Shown here: positions 54,701 through 64,000 of the stretch, piece by piece
How the letters are laid out: every line of letters starts with the position of its first letter
How positions within the stretch are numbered: position 1 is the first letter of the stretch
Source: Auanema rhodensis
Lineage: Eukaryota > Animalia > Nematoda
DNA: 64,000 nt
NCBI GenBank assembly: GCA_964057225.1
Contig: OZ059898.1
Coordinates: forward strand, 8,742,001-8,806,000
Direction: 5' to 3'
Position numbers and translations under genes: made by a program
The notes under the pieces: generated by a model
The model's database searches: none
What the model saw: only the letters and a program-made list of their open reading frames with translations
What the model was told of the DNA's origin: nothing

Positions 54701-57700
54701 GATAAAACAGAGATTGAATTATCCTTAAAGAGAACTAACAATTCTTATTTAAAGTCAATATTTTTTATTCTTTTTACTAGAAGAATGACTATTTGATATA
54801 TCTAATTGGCTAAACCTATTGGCTAAACCTGACTTGTTGTAATTTCGTTATTGCAATTTCTTTTCTATCTTTTTCTACTTTTTCCAGTAGTTAAATAGAC
54901 AATCATTTTCAACTGAACTTTATCTAATTTTACGCCAAACCAACTAACCTCATGCTCGTCGAAATGACAAGAACAGCAGTAGATGTAGGCTACTTGGCGA
55001 TTCCAGAAAATTGGACCATCAAAACTAATGTTGACAGTCATTTTTTCATGACCTAAAATTAAATATTTAACATTTTTACATACATAGAAGTTTTATGTTG
55101 TCAGTTGAAACAGTTTTTGAAACTTTCACAAGCTTCTCTAGTGTTTCAGCTCATAATTCAGAACAATTGAGAAAATATGGGAGCTTTTTGTCACAAAAGA
55201 TTTATTTCTTCCTTCTAAACCTAACATATCACCATGTTTACTTGACGAATAAAAGCTTAAGATACTTATATGCTCCACGAATATTAATAACTACCCTTCA
55301 CATAGGCAGGGAATATTTTTTCTAGTTTTTAGCTATATACTTTGAAAGCAAAAAAAAACGATAAAAATACCTGAACAATGATTTTTTCGAAAAATAATAT
55401 AAACCCAGACGGGCTTAGTTTCTTGACGAGATGCTTCCATGGCTAGTTCTCTCCAAGTACGGCTGACACGTTCAACTCTATAAAATGAAATATAAAATAG
55501 GCGAAGATAATTAAAATTTATTTTGAAAAAAAAAGAGAGAAGATTGTTTATGTTTAAATCAAAGTAAATTAGAAGCCCAAGAGAAAATTCCGATAATATT
55601 CTATTTTCTTTTGAATTTTCAATTAACCAAGGCAATGGTAATCAAATTTTTTTAAATATACATATACAGTTATAAATAGATACGTATACAATATAATATT
55701 ATAAACAAAAATTGAGAGCAGACACAGCTGGAACCTTGCTGTTCCTACTGTGCTTGAGCTCTGCTAATATAGATGGAAAAGGATGAAAAGAAAGAGAGGG
55801 TGGGATCAGTCCGTCTATATGAAACAGCTGGGACCCCACCCCTATAATTCTTAGCTAGACCTATCCTAAGGCAATGAAAGCATTGCCAAAAATATAAATT
55901 TATCGGAACATAATTCTTCTTTTTTTGATTCTATTTGAAAGAAAGTACTATAATTTTCTTTTACATTGAAATAGCCAGTGAATTGAAAAACTTATTCGTC
56001 ATGTCAATGAAGAATGTAATGAGTGTATGGCATGAACATAGAAATTGTTTTTGTCCAAATAATTGGAATATATCTAAGAACAATAATAGTCATTTCATAG
56101 TATAAATCAACAAGTGAATAAAAGTTTCATAGTTAAACCATTTTTTCCTATACAAAATCTTTTTTTTTTTGAATGAAAAGCTGCATGGAACGTTTTTATT
56201 TCGATAAATTACAAAGAAATCTCGTACAACCATATAGAATATATTTTATATAAATAGTATAGTGCAAAATATTGAAATATATATATCTCGAAATTAAATA
56301 TGATTTAAAACAAAGTAAAATATCTTATAATTAAGAAGAAAAAGATGAATAAGAAAACGCTGAAGAGGACATTGAGAAAAGAAGTAACATAATAGCTCTT
56401 CTTTCCTTTTTCTATTTCCCTCTCTTATTCTCTCTATCTATTTCTTTTCACTACTTTCATCTTTGTATCATGGAACACTGAATGTAATAGACATGAAGCT
56501 TCAGAAGGAAAAAAGAAATAAAAGCTTGATGAGAAGATGGAAAGTAAAAAACAGGATGGTGAGAAGAGAAGCTTTTAAAAAAGTTCTCTTTTACTCTCTT
56601 TTGCTTAAACTTGATATGTTCTTTTATATATTCACATACAGATTAAAGTATTTAGACATAAAACATTCATATTGTAAAAGTTTCAATTCTAAAGAATTTC
56701 GAGAAAATATATATTTTCAGATTACGAGCTATATTTACGACGATGGTTCAAGTAAAATAATGAATGTTATTTATTTATTTCATTAGAAAATAGATCATCA
56801 AACACATGTAAAGTTAAATTTCTTTCAAAAGAATCATGTGTTCAATTTGTTATATTCTCGAATATGACAAAACAATAGGCAAAATTGTCATTTTTAAAAA
56901 AATGTCAGAAACAAGTTAAGATATAATCTTTTAAAAATCAAAGAGTTTCAGAAACATTTTTTAAAATTTTGATTTTTTTAAAAAATAGATCGGCTGTATG
57001 TTTTCCAGTTTGCAAACAAAGATATGATTTCCAAAAAATGGAAGATAAGCTAACAATGACAATTTAAAAAAAATATCTGAATAAAGAAGAGGGAGAGTTT
57101 TCCAATATTTGTACATTATATTCGCTAAGTTATCAAGATTTGAAGCTAAGGAAGCTTGAATTACAAAATAAGGAATATGACTGAGAAATATCTAATTCAA
57201 TCGGAAGCTGAACGAGTCTAAAGGTAAAGAAAATGTTGAGAGGAGGAGGGGTGGGGGTTATGTGCATGATTGAAAGCAAGTAGAAAGCTAAAAAGGAAAT
57301 CATGTTGCAAACTGAAAAAAAGTTTTTAGAACATTTGAGATGCTTCAAGGAAATGAATCGAAAAAGGAACAAAACTTCAAATAATAGTAACTTGTTTTAA
57401 AATAATTGAAAACTAGACAATAAATAAAGATAAATAGCATAAATTAAAAGGAATGGCAAAGTGACTGAATTGGCAGCTTGATGTCCGAAATGTTACAACT
57501 TTTATGTGTGTTAAGGAATAGTTTGTAAACACATGCAAGGCATATTGAAAAATATAAACGAGTCGTTAGATAGATAGATTTTCTGAGTTTTGATTTTTCT
57601 TTTGAATATGAAGTTACTAATGCTTGTCCTTCAAACGACATGCATCAAGTATAACTTTAATATTAAGAGCATCAAGCTGCGAACTTGAGAAATTGCATAC

Positions 57701-59709
57701 GCAATTCAAAGAACTAAATTTCTGAAATCAAATAAGGAATTGAAACATGCTAAACAGTGGAAAAGAATGATGATAATGTGTCATAACTTGTATCTTGAAG
57801 TTCGAAGCATGTCTTCTGAACTTGAAGCACATGGCCTTATATTGTTCTTTTCATCTTTTTTTTTGTGTCTAGCATAGTCTTCCAGCCAAGCCTTTTCTTC
57901 TATATAACACTGCAGCAGACACTAGTAGCATGTGAAGAGAAAGGAAATCTTTCTATCTTTTTCTCTCTCTCTCACTCTCTAAATTTTTATCCCTTTCTCT
58001 GCGATTCTATCTTCTTCTTCTCTTTCTCTTTTCAGGATGGCATTGGTTACTAGTGCCTCCGGCTTCGGTCCTTCTCCTTAGACTCAAACGACACACTCTC
58101 TATCAGCATCTCAGTCTCTCGTATCCGTCTAACTCTCTCATATTTCTCATTCGTTTTCACTCTCCAGCATTTGTTCAATACGTCTCAGTCTTTGCCACCA
58201 GCAGAGAGGGTGTGTGTATGTGTTAGTACTGGTCTCTTTGAGCTAACCAGCACACATAACACACGATTTGCATGTGTAATATCGTTTTGTAATAATGAAT
58301 TCGATGATGTGAGAACGTGTTCAGGATTATGACTGACCATTACAGCAGCTTGCCTCTCCCACTCATTAGATTAGGATAAATTGAGAAAACGAAAAATTAA
58401 ATCCGTTTTTACTATATGCACATATATCATCATCTTCAATGTCTTCTAATAATGACTCGCGTTTCAAATGAAAATGTAAATGAATGAGCAAGAAAGTTTC
58501 GAAAACTATATGAAAAATCCACGCAAAACTTCGAATGTCATGGATCCGAAACTATGTGAAGAGCCGGACGGGCAATATATGGGAATGGTTGTAGCATACT
58601 ACGCAGCTCAGAAATGTGGAGCCAATTAGGAGGAATGACCGAACAAAATGGCTTATGTTATGGCCAGTTTCAGGGTCAGATGAAGCGAAATAAACATTTT
58701 TACTATTCAAACTAAGCATTGAATAGCTAATTTACATGGTTTAACTCATTTAGCTAATAAAGATTTAGAGAACATTTTTAATTTAGAACACATATAAATT
58801 TTAAAAAAATGCTCTCGAAAATTCTTGTATTCATGCATTCTTCCAATACAATTACTCATCTAGAATCAATTCAAAAAAAGTGGAGCCGGAAATGGCTTCC
58901 GGCTAGATGGACCATACTGCAGCATTGAAAGCATTTTAAGATTTTTGTCTACTACTTCTTCAATTGTATATAGAAATCTTAGAACAAAACGACAATTCTG
59001 AGCTCATATTGTTAATTTTGAAAATTAAAATGAGCAAAATTTCAAATAAATTTTTACTAAAGTAGTAATATTCAAATAATAATGTTTTTCCTCATCAATT
59101 TACTATAATATTTTGCAATCAAATTTACAAAAAAAAGAAAAAGAAAAAATGAACAATTTGTACAGAACATTTGAATAAATAAAAAATACAGAAATATAAG
59201 AAATGAAGCTATACCAAGAAGGATAAAAGTTAAATTGTTGTCTATGAAAAGATGGGTGCCAGGCTCCGCAAATGATGCGATGGCTTGGACGTCCGAAAAT
59301 ATTCATGGAAGGCAGGCAAAACATCCAATGGGACTCAAAACTGCGTACAAATGAATGATCTTAAGGAGGACAGAGACATAATGATAAAAAAATTATAAAA
59401 ATAGGAAGAGAGTAGTTATTATAAGAGGGAAAAACGAAATCTCTTTAGTACTTTATTAGTTTTATGTTCTTTTATATTAAATTGTGTAAATCTTGTTATT
59501 GTGCTAATTTTGATTTAAAAGATCAACAAGAGGAGATGACGTCAAAGGACTTAGAATGTTTTGAATAAACAGCCAAAATGAGATACTTTTGATAATCTCG
59601 ACGTAGATGACACTGACCTGGTTCGCTGTTCTATTGTCAGCTTGGAAAGTACCCTGAGGGCAGCTTCTCGTGGCAAACTTTCTATAGGATCCGCCCATTT
59701 TCTGTTCAT
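51770..59709 (-). CDS. F-box protein with an LRR-like middle and an acidic Ser-rich tail
   Basis: Seven exons splice in frame: MNRKWADPIESLPREAALRVLSKLTIEQRTR|VERVSRTWRELA (F-box pattern LP.E....L..L....VSR.W), ..CMPNLQFIYLRELDL..LKKVIVHGCRN.., ending VEVATGP*. Introns of ~4.1 kb and ~2.4 kb. Confidence 0.75.
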
Positions 59710-62700
59710 CTTGTTGTCTGTCTGAACCTTCTCACTCACTTTGATTTGTCCAAACACTTTTTTGATTTGAGATGATCTTCGAATTTAAAACAAAGCCGTT
59801 AGTTTAATGAAATATTTTGTCTGCAATTATAAAAAAAATCAGAATAATGAAACAAATAAATATATAAATCTAAGATCAAATGGAAGAAAAAGAAGTTGGA
59901 TTATTAAAATAAAAATAAATATATGTATATACATAAGATATACTAATTATAAATTATAGGTTCATAAAATATAAAAATTTATATATTAACTATAATAAAA
60001 TATTATTTATAATCATAGTAATATATTTATATTTTATTTAATGATATCAAATATATATATATATATGTATATGTATTCATATAGATATCCCAAATGATAT
60101 ATGTTTCACTATTCAAGTTTATATAAATGTAGAAAAGTAAATAGATTCTAACAACTCTTTCAAAATTAAAAGATATTTCTACAAAACCTTTGTAAAGCCT
60201 GATATCACAACTCAAACATTTTTTTGTGAAAGTCTTTCTCATTAATATCATATTTCATTCTTTTTTTAACTTTGAAGAATATATATACTTGAAGATATTA
60301 AACTATTTGTCACTTCTTTTCGAACATTTAACCGATTTAAAAGAAAATTTTAATTTAATTTTTCAAAAGATAATAGTTGATATAGTTAAAGTATTTGGAA
60401 ATGTTTTTCAAAAATAATTGTTTAAAATTATAAAAAAAAAATTTAATTTCAATATTCGTCAAGAAGTTAAAATAAAATTTAACTTTTCTTTCTAAAAATA
60501 GTTATTGAGCTATGGTAAGTGGATAGCATTTGTGTAGTTTTTTTAAAATTTTTGTTTAAATATAGTTGAAAAAGAAAGAAAAATCTTAAGAAATTACATA
60601 TTTGTTTTTGATGTAATCGTAAAATAAAGAAACTGGACTGCAGAAAAGTAGAGTTTCGAATGAAAATTGGAAAACGACTTAACTACTCGTTGAACTTCGG
60701 TATAAAAAAAGGCTGAAAAGTGATAAAAGCCACTTAGAAGGAAATTAGAGAAAGGAATCAATTTTCTAGGAAAAATGAAAGAATTTTTCTAAATTTTTTG
60801 AGAAAAAATAAAAGATTTTCGAATTGTAATGAAGAATATACGGCTGGCAGTTGGATTTCAGATCGGAAATAAATTTTTTTCTAAAATGATACATTTGCAT
60901 TATCAATGGCTTAAAGGATATTTATGCCGTTCGTGATGGAAAATTCCCGGAACACCCCTTCAGTAATTTACTTTGCATTAGCTATAGAACAAACGATTTT
61001 TGAAACGAAAATGGAGTTATGGATAGTGTTTAAGAACAGAGCATTGACAAAGTTTTAAAATATTTTGTTCAAAATAGTTATTTTGTATATTATCTATATA
61101 TACTATATGCTATATATAGTATATATTGTTATATTTTACTTTGTATAAGAGGTATTCAACGTTATTCGTTAGAAAATATTCAAAAATGTGTGAAATTTTT
61201 AAAATTTTTGTTCCCAATGGGTTGAAATAAAAGAAATTTACATTGCTCATGTATATGGAAAGGTCAATCATTTATGTGTTTAAATTTGAAAAAAAGAAAC
61301 TTTTAAACGAACATCAGTTCTTGCAAAAAGACAGAAGAATCAACCTAAGCTTATTGAAATTGAACTTTCTTCTATACTTTGCAGCAAAAGATGATTTAGA
61401 AATGTTGCAGAATTTTGAGAATTACAGATTAACAGATCAAAAAAATGACGATGAACATGCTGAATAAATTATAACTATGCCCTTTTAAATTCATTTGTTT
61501 TTAGAATTCAAAAATCATTAATAAAATATTTACTATTTAAAGTTTCTTCAAAGTTAAATAATAAAATTTATAAAAGAAAATGAAACTTTCTGCCTTGTTT
61601 ATGTTAAAAGACGAGTGATGAGCTGTAAGTTTCAAATAATGAAAGTTCGAGCAATATAGTTTGAAACTGAGAATGCTATCTTGACACGAAATTCAGAGAT
61701 ATTCAAAGAGATTTTGCATTCAGAACAGCCAGTAATTATCTGGAAGAAATAATGATAATCTTGTGTAATTACATGAGATTGGCTTGTTCTATCGCCTCTT
61801 GTCAAATGACAAACAAAGGTCAATTGGTATATGGTTTTGTATTTAAAATAAAACTGAGAAAGAAAATGATGAAAGTACGGATGGCAACGAAAAACACCAA
61901 AGAAATTCTTTTCTAAGCAGTAAGCGGACGAAAAGCTTAGATGAAAGCGAAAAAAATAATTTCATTTTACGTCTGGCTTCATAGGTTAAAGTTATTTCAA
62001 AGCTACACTGATAAACGCAAAAAGTCTTTTTTCAGTTGAATTTCAAGCGCTTCTTCAACATAATTTATAGGTATTTAGGTATATGTATACGTTATGTCTT
62101 GGAGATATTAGGTCAAAAAAGAAATTCCTGTGAGCATTCAGAAGCATCTGTACAGCGGAAGCTTTTATCTACATGGTTAAAAAGACTTAAAGGACAGAAT
62201 ACTTCATGTTGTAGCTAGAGCAATGAGCTGGAAGATCGTTGAAGAACAAAAAAAAAGAAAAGAAATTCCAGTTGAGCTTCTATAAAAAATGAAAACAGAG
62301 AACAGAATGCTTTAAAAGGGTATTAAACTTTGTAAAGAACAATAAATGACCAATTAATATGATATTCATATGTATATGCATGTATTGAAAATATTGTTTT
62401 AAACTTTGTTTCTATTTCAAAAAATAAAAGAAATTTTGAAATAAAAAGAAAAGAGTTTCATATTTAGTAAATTTAACATATATAAATAATAATAATAAAA
62501 GATATAATTTAAATATATAATATATATGAATATAATATTAAAAATTGAAAAATAAAAAATATATACTATATACTATATAGAAGAATATATGCCATTTGTA
62601 TTTTTTTGTTGAAAAATCAGCTTTCTGAACAATTTTTATACGACATTATTAAATTGAGTTACGTTGCTAAAGTGAAGAACTTCTATACTTTGTTGCCGTT

Positions 62701-64000
62701 CCATGATAATATAGAATATATAATTCTAAATAAAACAAAATTTTATGAAAAAAAAAATAAGACAATAACAGAATTTTACAATCAAATTCAGTACTTTGAG
62801 AATAAAGTTTGAAGACAATATAGTTTTAAAAAAATGAACATATGAACGAAATTCTTATGATGATTTATTGAAATTTGTTCCAAATTACTAATAAATATAA
62901 TAAATTGTTATTTTATAATATATAATTTATATAATATTGATTCTATTAATAGTTCTGAAATTCTAAGTTTGAGTCTCATCCATTAGTTGTCAATGTTTAT
63001 AATTCAAAACTTTATTTCTATATGTTCATAAAACTTTGTTTTAAAAAGAAATTCATGTTTATTAAACCATTTACATAATTGAATTTGTATACTTTAAAAT
63101 AAGTAAAATATGGTTTTTTCTAAATTATTTACTTATAACATATAGTTAACTTGTTAATGCTCGTTTCAGTTTCAATTATAATACAACTAACACAAGTAAA
63201 AACTTTTTTTTTGGAGTTTGATGGGGTTTTCTTGGACCTCAAAGATGCAAATGTCCGATTTTCATTACACAGGACTGTATATTTCAATTAAATATATTAT
63301 AATAATATTATTATATAGTTAATTTATAAATTAATAAATAATAATCTATACAATATAATATTGTATATGTATATATATAACTATACAGATAGATATGTAC
63401 ATCTTTTAAATTTCATTGTTTACATGTTGAAAAGTTGAATGAACTTAAACTAAGTTTAAACTTTTATCATTATTATTTTATATAATAATAGAAAGATAAC
63501 AACAAAAAATAAGTTTTTATACAAACTTTTTCTTTTATTTTTTTTTTGAAAAAAAAAGAAAAAAACGGAATGTTTCACACATAAAGCATTTTAAATTAAT
63601 AAATTTGATGAATTATCTCAAAAAGATTCATGATCTGAGTTATAATATCGGCGATGTAGTATAATATCATCATCATCAAGCATTAACTGTAGTGATTCCC
63701 TGAGAACAAGTATAACATCTCCAACAATGTCAAGAAACATGATCATCTTTAACTAAATGAATAAAATAATATAATATAGTTAATATATAGTTAATAGTTT
63801 ATAATATAGTAAAAGATATTAAGATATAAACCTTACCGTTTGTATTCGAATAAATCTTCTGACGATTGAATCAATAGTCCGTCGCACACAGGATATTCTG
63901 TGGTCAGTGTTCGACCAGATGAAAGAAAGTTGGAAAAGAATCCGATGAATTCATGACATTGGGTGAATTAAGGAATACGATGTGACGTATAACCACGAAA

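Noticed and set aside
54805-54830. 13-bp tandem duplication (ATTGGCTAAACCT x2)
   Set aside because: Isolated intronic slippage or footprint with no associated element.
63600-64000. Exon-like - strand sequence with a GTAAGG donor at ~63836
   Set aside because: All three frames contain stops near the window edge and no coherent protein could be built; may be UTR of a gene outside the window.

Overview
AT-rich eukaryotic genomic DNA with ~40-50 nt GT-AG introns, TTTCAG/TTTTAG acceptors and operon-like gene spacing, i.e. a nematode (probably rhabditid). Genes were assembled by hand-splicing, and protein identities come from recalled family motifs, not database searches. Left to right: a small + exon pair; an acidic disordered protein (-); dyf-7 (ZP domain, -) under a CAGGTG E-box cluster; BiP/hsp-3 (+) with a Josephin deubiquitinase directly downstream; an anion-type Cys-loop channel (-); pas-6 (-) divergent from a 7-gene + strand cluster (ife-2-like eIF4E, PEX3, NDUFAF8, UTP23, ITFG2-like, kynureninase, lysyl-tRNA synthetase); a Crooked/Quiver-like Ly6 protein (-); and an F-box protein (-). 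The most notable signals are in RNA processing: (1) NDUFAF8 and UTP23 share an exon, with only 3 nt between stop and start; (2) a mitochondrial presequence sits in KARS intron 1 behind a hairpin-sequestered alternative donor; (3) hsp-3 intron 3 has a hairpin carrying a PTC-generating donor; (4) the Josephin gene needs a GT-TG intron; (5) the channel has a 33-nt in-frame microexon. A nematode ITFG2 (KICSTOR subunit) homologue is also notable. No tRNA, rRNA, CRISPR array or intact mobile element was seen.
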